Shown: in pieces, positions 1-8,734 of the stretch | Position numbering within the stretch: position 1 is the first letter of the stretch | Layout: each line of letters begins with the position of its first letter | From: a virus | Taxonomy: Duplodnaviria; Caudoviricetes | Direction: 5' to 3' (one strand) | DNA: 28,168 nt | Virus record (IMG/VR): IMGVR_UViG_3300006192_000028 | Span: 1 to 28,168 of that record | Notes under the pieces: generated by a model | Databases searched by the model: none | Told to the model about the DNA's origin: nothing | The model's input: only the letters and a program-made list of their open reading frames with translations | Made by a program: the position numbers and the translations under genes

Positions 1-116
1 GATGATGAACGTTAGTAGCCTGCAATAAGCCGTGGGTGAAAGCCGACCGCCGAGAGAAGTTCGGCATCTTTCTCTGTTGGTGTGCATAAGGTTGGCCGCT
101 CCAGTAGCGGCCAGCT

Positions 117-180
117 GCTTATGTGCATCCGTTTATTTGTGCGGATGTGTTTCCGGTTATTTGTTTATTTGTCCATTTGT
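117..180. repeat. 8-bp-period degenerate array (candidate partition centromere)
   Basis: gcttatgt gcatccgt ttatttgt gcggatgt gtttccgg ttatttgt ttatttgt ccatttgt; resembles the array at 27641-27688. Confidence 0.5.
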
Positions 181-190
181 GGGGGTGTAC

Positions 191-373
191 ATGCTTGGAG
201 ACCTGACCAAGAGCCTGACCAGTGTGGCCGGTGATGCCCTGCGCGTTGCTACGGCTCCCGTAGAAGTTGCTGTCGACGCAGCCCGCATCGTTACTAGCCC
301 GGTGGCCGATGTGGCTCAGGAAATAGTTGACGAAGTGAAGGCCGCTGCCGACGAAAGCGGAAAAATTGGCTAG
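191..373 (+). CDS. Hypothetical 60-aa protein
   Basis: ATG at 191 follows a G-rich RBS-like GGGGGTG; the longer ORF-track start (32) runs through repeats and hairpins. Confidence 0.6.
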   Translation: MLGDLTKSLTSVAGDALRVATAPVEVAVDAARIVTSPVADVAQEIVDEVKAAADESGKIG

Positions 374-470
374 GGTCCTTCCTGGCCTTTGCCGCTCTGC
401 GGGTAACAAGCTCGCGGGGTTTGCCCGTCTAAAAAATTTTTTGAACTGGGTTTCCGGTTTCCGGTTGGTG
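373..470 (+). other. Lambda-like cos packaging site (cosQ, cosN, start of cosB)
   Basis: GGGTCCT at 373-379 equals lambda cosQ; GGGTAACAAGCT-CGCGGG at 401-418 parallels lambda GGGCGGCGACCT-CGCGGG; AAAATTTT and GTTTCCG follow as in lambda; directly upstream of terS. Confidence 0.75.
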
Positions 471-474
471 ATAG

Positions 475-1056
475 ATGAGCGAACTGTTTAATCCCGAGAC
501 AAAATTTACCCAAAAGCAGATAGCAACGCTGCTAGGTTTGGAGTCGGACAGACAAGTCCGAAACCTTATAAACAAAGGGATTCTGCCAGCGGCCAAAGGT
601 CGAAATGGTATGGACCCTCTCAAGTGTATCCATGCCTATATTGCCTACAAAGCGCAAGCGGGAGGCAATGCGGAAACCGGCACCGATTTTGATGGTGCAG
701 AACCGGAAGTCGACTACGAAGTGGAGCGAGCCCTGAACGTGCGCGAACAGCGCCGGGCCCGCCGTATCCAAAACGAGCTGGCCCTAAAGACGCTGATTCC
801 TACTGATGTTTGCATTCACATTTATAGCAGCCTGGTCGCAGCTGCCCGTTCTAAGGTGCTCGCCATTGAAGGCAAGGCCACGACCGAGCTACCCGGCTTG
901 AGCGTCAAGGATAGGCAGGTACTCCGGGGCTTGCTGTACGAAGCCCTAGCAGACCTATCCGATGAGCCTATTCCTTCCAGCCTTAGAGCGTATCTGGACG
1001 AGTGTACGTTCGACCTGGACGCCGCCGCCGAACCTGACGATCAGTCAGTGGGGTGA
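475..1056 (+). CDS. terS: Terminase small subunit (Nu1-like)
   Basis: N-terminal HTH (TQKQIATLLGLESDRQVRNL), central coiled coil, position between cos and terL. Confidence 0.85.
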   Translation: MSELFNPETKFTQKQIATLLGLESDRQVRNLINKGILPAAKGRNGMDPLKCIHAYIAYKAQAGGNAETGTDFDGAEPEVDYEVERALNVREQRRARRIQNELALKTLIPTDVCIHIYSSLVAAARSKVLAIEGKATTELPGLSVKDRQVLRGLLYEALADLSDEPIPSSLRAYLDECTFDLDAAAEPDDQSVG

Positions 1057-2845
1057 TAAAAACTATGTCCTCCCGGAGGAGCATGGCGGCGGTAAATGGA
1101 AGACGAAGCCGTTTCAGATTGGCATAGCTGATGCCATGTGTGACCCAGAAGAAGAACGGGTCACGGTGATGAAGTCCATGCGTGTGGGCTACACCAAAAT
1201 TGTTGACCTTGCTATCGGCTACTACATGGATGCAGACCCCTGCTCCATGCTGGTTGTTCAACCGACCATAGACGATGCCGAGGGTTTTTCTAAAGATGAA
1301 ATCGCGCCAATGCTGCGCGATGTTCCTTGCCTGCAGGGTAAAGTCCAGCGAGACGATGACACCCTGCTGAAAAAAGTTTATCCAGGCGGCAGCCTGACCC
1401 TGGTTGGTGCAAACTCGCCTACCGGCTTTCGCCGTCTGACGGTGCGCATCGTTATCTTTGATGAGATGAGTGCCTACCCGGCAAATACTGGTAAGGACGG
1501 TGATCCCGTTCGCCAGGGTGAAGGTCGTACCTTCTCCGCTTTCAACCGAAAGATTATAGCCGGTTCCACCCCGACGATTGCCGGGGTGTGTCGAATTGAA
1601 AAAGAGTTCATCCGCTCAGACCAGCGCTACTTTCATGTGCCTTGTCCGCATTGTGGCCACAAGCATATTCTGCAGTGGTCAAACTTCCGATGGCCAGAAG
1701 GTCAGCCGGAGCTGGCACACTTTGTTTGTCCATCCTGCAAGAAGGACATCGAAGAAGGTAGCAAGAAAGAGATGGTGGCCGCTGGTGAGTTCCGGTCGAT
1801 TAAGCCGTTTACTTGCTGTGGCCATGAACAAGAGCCCGAAGCCTGGGACAAAAAAGGCAGGCCAATTTGTAAGCATTGCGGCGAGGTGAAAATCTCAGGC
1901 CATGCAGGCTTTCATATTTGGGCTGCTTACTCCGACCTGCCAAATGCCAAGTGGTCAAAGCTGGCGAAGTATTGGGAGGAAGTAAAGGACGACCCGGACG
2001 AGAAGGTGGTGTACGTCAACACCATTCGCGGGGAGACCTACAAGGAGACAGAGACCGAGGTTGATTGGAAACCGCTGTATGACCGGCGCGAACCGTATGG
2101 TGATGACCATGACGGCAAGGTGCCAGAAGCGGTCCGTATCATTCTTGCCACCGTCGATACCCAGGACAACCGTCTGGAAATGACCACCATCGGCATCGGT
2201 GAAGGTGAAGAGGTCTGGTTGCTCAACCGCAAGGTGTTTATGGGTCAGCCAGATAACCCTGAAACCTTGGCTCAGCTGACCCGGGCTCTAGATAGAACCT
2301 ACACCCATGCTTGCGGTTTTAGCATGGGTATTACGGCCTGCGCTATTGACGTGCAGGGCCACTATTACGACACCATGTTGGCTTACTGCGCTCAGCACTC
2401 TGACCGCTGCGTAGCCATCCGTGGTGGTAACGACTATGCGGCCCCTGCGATTAAGCCACCGAGCCGCAGCAACGTGTACCGCATACCGCTGTATACGTTG
2501 GGTGTAAACAACATCAAGAACCGGATAGCCAAGCGCCTGCGCTTCAAGTACCCGGGCCGTTTCTTCATTCACTGGCCGAAAAGCAACGAGTTCGAGGTGG
2601 ATTACTTCGAGCAGCTGACGGCGGAAACAGTGGTGACCGAGTATAAAAACGGCATCCCTTATCGAGTCTTCAAGAACCCGACCAAAGCACGAAATGAGGC
2701 ATGGGACCTTTTGGTCTATGCCTACGCCTTGCTTTGGATCTTAAACCCTGACCTGAGCGAAGTGGTCACGGCGGAATGGGAAGATGACGAGGAGGAGTGG
2801 GAAGACGAAGACGATGTGGTGCAAAGCGACTGGATGAATGGATAG
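962..2845 (+). CDS. terL: Terminase large subunit (lambda GpA family)
   Basis: Walker A-like MKSMRVGYTK, Walker B VIFDE, GSTPT motif, CPHC/CPSC zinc motifs, nuclease VDTQ...RNEAWD. Confidence 0.95.
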   Translation: MSLFLPALERIWTSVRSTWTPPPNLTISQWGDKNYVLPEEHGGGKWKTKPFQIGIADAMCDPEEERVTVMKSMRVGYTKIVDLAIGYYMDADPCSMLVVQPTIDDAEGFSKDEIAPMLRDVPCLQGKVQRDDDTLLKKVYPGGSLTLVGANSPTGFRRLTVRIVIFDEMSAYPANTGKDGDPVRQGEGRTFSAFNRKIIAGSTPTIAGVCRIEKEFIRSDQRYFHVPCPHCGHKHILQWSNFRWPEGQPELAHFVCPSCKKDIEEGSKKEMVAAGEFRSIKPFTCCGHEQEPEAWDKKGRPICKHCGEVKISGHAGFHIWAAYSDLPNAKWSKLAKYWEEVKDDPDEKVVYVNTIRGETYKETETEVDWKPLYDRREPYGDDHDGKVPEAVRIILATVDTQDNRLEMTTIGIGEGEEVWLLNRKVFMGQPDNPETLAQLTRALDRTYTHACGFSMGITACAIDVQGHYYDTMLAYCAQHSDRCVAIRGGNDYAAPAIKPPSRSNVYRIPLYTLGVNNIKNRIAKRLRFKYPGRFFIHWPKSNEFEVDYFEQLTAETVVTEYKNGIPYRVFKNPTKARNEAWDLLVYAYALLWILNPDLSEVVTAEWEDDEEEWEDEDDVVQSDWMNG

Positions 2846-2852
2846 GTGCGCA

Positions 2853-3101
2853 ATGAGTGAATCCCTCTGGACACCAGAAGACCTGGCCGAGGTTAAACGA
2901 GCCATCAAAGAGCTGGCCATCGGCAAGCGACTTGTCCGGGTGAGTTTCTCCGGCATTAATGGGTCGAACCAGACCAATGAATACGCCCCGGTAGATCTTC
3001 CTCAACTTCGGAAGCTACGCCGGGAAATGGAAGCAGAAATAGCCGCTGCGCAAGGCGTGGAAAGCGTGAGCGTGGTAGCGAGTAGCAAGGGGCTGTACTG
3101 A
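2853..3101 (+). CDS. Head completion / head-tail joining protein (lambda gpW-like)
   Basis: Small helix-hairpin-helix ORF between terL and portal; ATG at 2853 after AGGTG. Confidence 0.75.
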   Translation: MSESLWTPEDLAEVKRAIKELAIGKRLVRVSFSGINGSNQTNEYAPVDLPQLRKLRREMEAEIAAAQGVESVSVVASSKGLY

Positions 3102-4594
3102 TGAATATGACTCCCTCTGGCTATCAACCGTTGGCCTCTGGCCTGCTCGTGCCGGTGGGAGCCTCTGCCTATGAAGGGGCCAGTGGCGGCCACCGTTGGC
3201 AGGATATCGGAGACTATGGCCCGGATACGGCTGTTGCTTCCGGTATTCAGACGTTGCGGGCCCGTTCGCACCACAATGTGCGAAACAATCCATGGGCAAC
3301 CAATGCCGTGGCCACTTGGGTGGCCGCAGCCGTTGGTAATGGCCTGACACCGCGATGGCGAGTGAAAGAGCAAGAGCTTCGCCAGGAGTTGCAGGAGCTT
3401 TGGGGCGATTGGGTAAACGAAGCGGATTTCGATGAGGTTCAGTCGTTTTACGGCTTGCAAGCCCTTGTCGTTCGCACCGTTATCAACTCAGGCGAAGCGT
3501 TTGTAATCAAAAAGCCTCGTCCATTGAGCGAGGGGCTTTCGGTTCCTCTGCAGCTACAGATTATTGAGCCGGATATGCTGGCCAGTGATATTCCTGATGA
3601 AACGCTGCCAAGTGGTGGTTATGTCAAAGGGGGTATTCGTTTCAGCAAGGGCGGCAAACGTAAGGCGTATTGCTTTTATCGTAACCACCCGGCTGAATCC
3701 AGTTTGATTGGTGATCCTGTCGATACGGTATGGATTAAGGCCGAGCACGTTCTTCACGTTTACCGTGTTGACCGTCCCGGTCAGACGCATGGTGCGCCAT
3801 GGGTTTCCAGCTGCTTGCTGCGATTGAATGAGCTGGACCAGTACGAAGACGCTGAGCTGGTCCGTAAGAAAACCGCTGCGTTGTTTGCCGCCTTTATTCA
3901 AGAGGCAACGGCAGACAGTACCGGAGGGCCAACAATTGGTCAGCCGAAGCGAAGCAAAGGCGGAAAGCGAATCACCGGCCTCAACCCCGGTACGTTGCAG
4001 TACCTGCAACCAGGGCAGGAAGTGAAGTTTTCAAACCCTGCTGATGTGGGGACAACTTATGAACCGTGGCTCCGGTACCAACTGCTTAGCATTGCTAAGG
4101 GCTATGGCATCACTTACGAGATGCTGACCGGCGATTTGCGAGGGGTGAACTACTCCAGTATTCGCGCTGGGCTCCTTGAGTTCCGTCGTCTCTGTCAGCA
4201 GGTTCAGCACCACATGATCATTCACCAGTTCTGTCGGCCTGTAGGGCGTTGGTTTATGGATTTTGCCGTAGCCAGCGGAGCGGTGGTCATTCCTGACTAC
4301 TTGCAACGCCGCCGCTATTACAACCGAGTCAGCTGGCGCACTCCTCGCTGGGAAGAAGTGGACCCGCTCAAGAAACACCTGGCAGACCTGGGTGATGTGC
4401 GGGCTGGCTTTGCGCCGATTTCGGATAAGCAGGCAGAGCGCGGTTATGACATGGAAGAACTGTTCGACATGATTTCTGATGCGAATCAGCTTATTGACGA
4501 ATATGACCTGCGTCTTGACTCTGACCCTCGTTATGTCAACGGCAGCGGGGCAGAGCAAAAGTCTGTTATGGAGGCAGCACTGAACAATGAGTAA
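3101..4594 (+). CDS. Portal protein, lambda family
   Basis: LRARSHHNVRNN, YEMLTGD..VNYSSIRAGLLE and VDPLK motifs. Confidence 0.95.
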   Translation: MNMTPSGYQPLASGLLVPVGASAYEGASGGHRWQDIGDYGPDTAVASGIQTLRARSHHNVRNNPWATNAVATWVAAAVGNGLTPRWRVKEQELRQELQELWGDWVNEADFDEVQSFYGLQALVVRTVINSGEAFVIKKPRPLSEGLSVPLQLQIIEPDMLASDIPDETLPSGGYVKGGIRFSKGGKRKAYCFYRNHPAESSLIGDPVDTVWIKAEHVLHVYRVDRPGQTHGAPWVSSCLLRLNELDQYEDAELVRKKTAALFAAFIQEATADSTGGPTIGQPKRSKGGKRITGLNPGTLQYLQPGQEVKFSNPADVGTTYEPWLRYQLLSIAKGYGITYEMLTGDLRGVNYSSIRAGLLEFRRLCQQVQHHMIIHQFCRPVGRWFMDFAVASGAVVIPDYLQRRRYYNRVSWRTPRWEEVDPLKKHLADLGDVRAGFAPISDKQAERGYDMEELFDMISDANQLIDEYDLRLDSDPRYVNGSGAEQKSVMEAALNNE

Positions 4595-5858
4595 AAATCT
4601 GTTGCCATTGCTGGCCCAGCGGGTGTTTAACGCACCGATGATGATGCGGGCCAGTGATTTGTCGGCCATTGCGATGGCGCTGCACGACCGCTTCCACATT
4701 GAAGCCTCAGAAGTGCAGGCCCTAGCAAACACAGGCCAGTACCAAAAGCGCAAGGCGTACCAAGTCACCAAGGAAGGCTGGGCCATCGTTCCAGTGATTG
4801 GTGGCCTGGCGCACCGAGCCGGGAAGATTGATGCGGATTGCATGCCGATTACCAGCTACGAGTTGATTCGTCATGACTATGACACCGCACTCAATGACCC
4901 GGAAGTGAAATTGATCGTCATGGAGTTTGACTCTGGCGGTGGTGAAGCGGCGGGCTGTTTTGATTTGGCTCGTCATATTCTCAGCACCCGGGGTAAAAAG
5001 CCGGTGATCGCGTTCGTGAATGAGTCCTGTTATTCCGCTGCTTATGCCTTGGCTTGTTGTTGTGATCAGGTATTCCTGACCAGTTCAGCCGGAGCGGGCA
5101 GTATCGGTGTAATTTGTGGCCGTCTGGACCAAACCGAGTACAACCGGAAGATGGGACTCAGTATTGAACTGTTTGTCTCCGGTGATTACAAAGCGGATTT
5201 CTCTCCGCACAAGGTCCTCAGTGACGATGAGCGCCAGCGACTGCAGGCGTTGATTGTTCAGCTGGGGAGTGAATTTCACAACCTGGTGGCCGAAGCCCGG
5301 GGCATGACCGCCGAGCAGGTCAAGGCGTTGAAGGCTGGATGCTTCACAGGCCGAGTGGCCGTGGACAATGGTCTGGCTGATGGCGTGATGTCCCAGGATG
5401 AGTTTTATAACTACCTACTGAATGAGCAGGAGTCGGATATGTTCTTTGGAAAAGGCAAAGACAAAGACCAAGGCACCCAGGCCAGCTACACCCAAGCCCA
5501 AATGGACGAAGCGGTGAAAAGCGCAAAGGCCGAAGCCACCCAAGCGTTGGCAGCGGATGCTGCAAACGCAACCAAGCAAGCCGTCACCGAAGCGGTTCAA
5601 GACTACCAGAAAAACACCGAAGCCCGTCTGAAAGGCATCTTTGATGCTTGTGCCACCGTTGGCCGCCCAGATATGGCTGGTGAGCTGATGCTGTCGGACC
5701 TTTCTCTGGAGCAAGCCCAGGAGCAGCTGTTCGCTAAGATGGCGGATGAAGGTGAAGAACTGCAAAACCATACCACTGACCCGGAGGCAAACGGCCAGAG
5801 CCGCAACTACCTCATGGAAATGTGCCAGGCTGCGGCAAAAAACGCAGTGGAATCTTAA
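4587..5858 (+). CDS. Prohead protease (S49 family, lambda gpC-like) with C-terminal scaffold
   Basis: DSGGG, SAAYALA and GSIGV motifs; Ala/Gln-rich C-terminal extension. Confidence 0.92.
   Translation: MSKNLLPLLAQRVFNAPMMMRASDLSAIAMALHDRFHIEASEVQALANTGQYQKRKAYQVTKEGWAIVPVIGGLAHRAGKIDADCMPITSYELIRHDYDTALNDPEVKLIVMEFDSGGGEAAGCFDLARHILSTRGKKPVIAFVNESCYSAAYALACCCDQVFLTSSAGAGSIGVICGRLDQTEYNRKMGLSIELFVSGDYKADFSPHKVLSDDERQRLQALIVQLGSEFHNLVAEARGMTAEQVKALKAGCFTGRVAVDNGLADGVMSQDEFYNYLLNEQESDMFFGKGKDKDQGTQASYTQAQMDEAVKSAKAEATQALAADAANATKQAVTEAVQDYQKNTEARLKGIFDACATVGRPDMAGELMLSDLSLEQAQEQLFAKMADEGEELQNHTTDPEANGQSRNYLMEMCQAAAKNAVES
5439..5858 (+). CDS. Nested in-frame scaffolding protein (Nu3-like, 139 aa)
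   Basis: Internal ATG at 5439 with AGGAG at 5428-5432, right after the protease domain, as in lambda C/Nu3. Confidence 0.65.
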   Translation: MFFGKGKDKDQGTQASYTQAQMDEAVKSAKAEATQALAADAANATKQAVTEAVQDYQKNTEARLKGIFDACATVGRPDMAGELMLSDLSLEQAQEQLFAKMADEGEELQNHTTDPEANGQSRNYLMEMCQAAAKNAVES

Positions 5859-5877
5859 CCAGTAACGGGGGGCGAAC

Positions 5878-6192
5878 ATGCCTGTACACGTAGAACCCAA
5901 GAGCCTGCGCGATGTCCTGCTTTATGAAGCACAAAACGGCTATAGCCGTTCGGTCATGGCGCTGAATGTAACCGAGTTTGGGTCGGTGGTGAACGCTGCC
6001 GGTGACCTGATTGTTCCAGGCGGCACTGCTGCCGAGAAGAAAGCAGTCGGCGTAGTGGTTGCCAAAGGCACCGTGGTCGATGCTCATGCCATTGTCCTGC
6101 AAAAGGGCCTGGTCTTCCCGGACGGCATCACTGATGTCCAGAAAGCGGCAGCACTTGCTGACCTGAAAGCCATTGGCGTGAAAGCACGCTAA
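5878..6192 (+). CDS. Head decoration protein (gpD-like)
   Basis: 104 aa between protease and capsid; DVLLYEAQNGYSR and C-terminal LKAIGVKAR typical of the family. Confidence 0.8.
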   Translation: MPVHVEPKSLRDVLLYEAQNGYSRSVMALNVTEFGSVVNAAGDLIVPGGTAAEKKAVGVVVAKGTVVDAHAIVLQKGLVFPDGITDVQKAAALADLKAIGVKAR

Positions 6193-6210
6193 TACCACCC
6201 AAATATCCTA

Positions 6211-6240
6211 AAGCCCGCCAGTGAGCGGGTTTTCTTGTTT
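6211..6240 (+). terminator. Intrinsic terminator-like hairpin
   Basis: GCCCGC-cagtga-GCGGGT followed by TTTCTTGTTT. Confidence 0.6.
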
Positions 6241-6255
6241 TAGAGGGCCAATTTA

Positions 6256-7278
6256 ATGGAAATGGCAAACCCTTTTGACCATCCGTCGTTCAAGGTTGCG
6301 TCTCTGACCGAGTCCATGAACCTACTGCCGGTCAATTACGGTGACAGCCGAGCGCTGTTTGCCCGTGAGAAAAAAGTGCGTACCCGCACCATTCTGGTAG
6401 AAGAAAAGAACGGTGTTCTTACTCTGATCCAATCCCGTGAGCCTGGCTCAACGGAGAACGTAGCGAAGCGCGGTAAGCGCAAGGTTCGCTCTTTCGTTAT
6501 CCCGCACCTTCCTCTGGAAGATGTGATCTTGCCTGATGAGTACGAAGGTCTGCGCGGCTTTGGTACCACCGCTTTGGCGGCTAAATCTGAGCTGGTGAAA
6601 GAGCGTCTGGAAACCATGAAGTCTAGCCACGACATCACCCATGAGCACTTGCGCATGGGCGCGAAGAAAGGCCAGATTCTGGATGCTGACGGCACCGTGC
6701 TTTATGACTTGTATGCCGAGTTCGGCATCACCAAGAAAACGATCTACTTCGACCTGGACAACAAAGATGCGAACGTGGCCGAGTCATGCCGCAAAGTGTT
6801 GCGCCATGTAGAAGACAATCTGCGCGGCGATGTGATGAAAGACGTGTCTGTTGATGTGTCTGAAGAGTTCTTCGACAAGTTCATCAAACATGCATCGGTG
6901 AAAGAAGTCTTCCTGAATCACGAAGCTGCAGTGAATCGTCTGGGTGGTGATACTCGCAAAGGCTTTAAGTTCGGTGGCCTGATCTTCAACGAGAACCGTG
7001 CTCGCCATGTGGATGAAGAAGGTGAAGAAACCCGATTCATCAAAGCGGGTAAAGGTCATGCGTTCCCGACTGGCACCACCAACACCTTCTTTACTGCCTT
7101 GGCCCCTGCTGATTTCAATGAAACCGCAGGCACACTTGGCAAGCGTTACTACGCGAAGATGGAGCCTCGCCGCATGGGACGTGGTTTTGACCTGCATAGC
7201 CAGTCTAACGTGCTGCCGATGTGTTGCCGTCCTGGTGTGCTGGTTGAGTTGGATGCTGCGGCCCAGCCTGCTGGCTAA
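6256..7278 (+). CDS. Major capsid protein (lambda gpE family)
   Basis: 340 aa; ITHEHLRMGAKKG.ILDADG.VLYDLY.EFG and C-terminal QSNVLPMCCRP motifs; synteny. Confidence 0.93.
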   Translation: MEMANPFDHPSFKVASLTESMNLLPVNYGDSRALFAREKKVRTRTILVEEKNGVLTLIQSREPGSTENVAKRGKRKVRSFVIPHLPLEDVILPDEYEGLRGFGTTALAAKSELVKERLETMKSSHDITHEHLRMGAKKGQILDADGTVLYDLYAEFGITKKTIYFDLDNKDANVAESCRKVLRHVEDNLRGDVMKDVSVDVSEEFFDKFIKHASVKEVFLNHEAAVNRLGGDTRKGFKFGGLIFNENRARHVDEEGEETRFIKAGKGHAFPTGTTNTFFTALAPADFNETAGTLGKRYYAKMEPRRMGRGFDLHSQSNVLPMCCRPGVLVELDAAAQPAG

Positions 7279-7288
7279 GGGGTGATAG

Positions 7289-7654
7289 ATGAACGAGCAG
7301 AACCGGGACCTGCAATTGCGGGTCCTGCGTGAGCAGATTGAAATTTGGGGTGTAAAGGCAACTTGGGTGAGAGCGGATGGCGCAACTGAGACCGTAGAGG
7401 GCTTGCTCTCTCTGGCTGAGGGGGCTGTCGATGCGAGTTATAAAAACCCGAACCAGTTCTTCCAAATTGATGTGGCTCAGGTGGCGGGCGTTTTCGTTAT
7501 GGAAACCGACCTGGTGCCAGGTGATCACGGTGACCGGCTAATGGTCAATGGTGAAGCCTTCATGGTTCTGCCGTTCAAAAGTCGTACCGGAAATCAGGCG
7601 CAAACCCATATCCCGCTCAAGCCATGGGTAAACAAAGACCACAACTGGCGGTGA
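7289..7654 (+). CDS. Probable head-tail joining protein
   Basis: Beta-rich 121-aa ORF after capsid with GDRLMVNGEAF motif; synteny. Confidence 0.6.
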   Translation: MNEQNRDLQLRVLREQIEIWGVKATWVRADGATETVEGLLSLAEGAVDASYKNPNQFFQIDVAQVAGVFVMETDLVPGDHGDRLMVNGEAFMVLPFKSRTGNQAQTHIPLKPWVNKDHNWR

Positions 7655-7655
7655 C

Positions 7656-8189
7656 ATGCTGCAGCTGAATCTTCAACTTGATCAAGAGCTGGCCTACCTT
7701 GAGGCCCAGCTGATGGCTTCTGTTCCTCAGATACAGAAAGCTATCGACCGGGCGTTAAAGAAGACGGCCCGTTGGCTTGAAACGCACAGTAAGCGAGAGC
7801 TTGGCCGTGAGTTAAAGCTACCCATCAAGGTGTTAACGGTTCGTTTTCAGCACACCTTTTACCTGAAAGACAGTGAAAAGGCGGTCAGTGTTTGGTTTGG
7901 TCTCAATCCTGTGCAAGTTCGTCATATTGGTAAAGTCAGGCAAAACCGCAGAGGTACCCGTGTTGGGAAACATCAATTTGATGGTGCTTTCTCTGCTGCC
8001 ATGAAAAGCGAGCACTTGAATGTGTTTCGCCGTAAGGGGCGAGAGCGGCTGCCGATTGAGGTGGTTCGCTTGCCAATTGAGGAGCAAAGCAACCCCATTT
8101 TTGAGCGGTACTATCAGCGGGCGCAGGGGCGGTTTACTGAGCTGCTGCGCCAAGAACTCAATTTTGCATTGAACCATGAGGGCGCATGA
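7656..8189 (+). CDS. Minor tail / tail completion protein (lambda gpZ-like)
   Basis: Basic protein with AIDRALKKTA and GAF...VFRRKG.ERLPIEVV motifs. Confidence 0.8.
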   Translation: MLQLNLQLDQELAYLEAQLMASVPQIQKAIDRALKKTARWLETHSKRELGRELKLPIKVLTVRFQHTFYLKDSEKAVSVWFGLNPVQVRHIGKVRQNRRGTRVGKHQFDGAFSAAMKSEHLNVFRRKGRERLPIEVVRLPIEEQSNPIFERYYQRAQGRFTELLRQELNFALNHEGA

Positions 8190-8734
8190 GTCAAACGACA
8201 ATTACCGAAGTGCATGAGGCTATTAAAGCCAAGTTGCGCGAGACCTTCCCCAAGGTGACGGTCGACGACTACAACCCAGAGCCTGAGCTTTCCGTACTGG
8301 CTCCAGCATTACTGCTTGAGCTTGAGGAATTTCCTATGGGTGCGGATGTCGGTGATGACCGCTACCCGGCAGCCTGCCGCTTCTCTGTTCATTGTGTTTT
8401 GGGCTGGGAAGTTAAAAGCCTGGCGTTGGAGCTGTGGGAATTTTCCGCAGCTGTGGCCCAGCTGATTCGCAAGAGTGGCGTATGGGTGAAAGGCGGGGTA
8501 CTGACTAAGCCAGAAGGCTTGGAAGTCTACCCCGGCAGTTTTCGCAAGGACACCCAGCAGGGGTATGACTCCCGTGTTGTAACCTGGAATCAAACCTTGT
8601 ACCTGGGCGAGTCGATGTGGAATGCGGATGGAATTACGCCGCAAGAGGTTTACCTGGCGTATGCCCCGGGCGGTGATGTGCCACCGGCAGATGAGCATGA
8701 GAAGGCAGAGTATGCAGGGGCTCCAAATAGCTGA
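8186..8734 (+). CDS. Probable tail terminator / completion protein
   Basis: 182 aa between gpZ-like and spike genes; ATGA overlap with the upstream gene. Confidence 0.6.
   Translation: MSQTTITEVHEAIKAKLRETFPKVTVDDYNPEPELSVLAPALLLELEEFPMGADVGDDRYPAACRFSVHCVLGWEVKSLALELWEFSAAVAQLIRKSGVWVKGGVLTKPEGLEVYPGSFRKDTQQGYDSRVVTWNQTLYLGESMWNADGITPQEVYLAYAPGGDVPPADEHEKAEYAGAPNS

Noticed and set aside
1-116. GC-rich hairpin at 91-115 and GATGA...GAAA motifs suggesting a ribozyme or structured RNA
   Set aside because: I could not assemble a hammerhead, twister or pistol core; the region is truncated by the window edge and the hairpin lacks a U-tract
32-190. Hydrophobic Cys-rich N-terminal extension of ORF 32..373
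   Set aside because: It is a translation of the T-rich repeat array; the better RBS and start are at 191
3002-5900. Long antisense ORFs (e.g. 4031..4843, 3002..3460, 5415..5900)
   Set aside because: Shadows of well-supported head genes on the + strand, with no recognisable motifs
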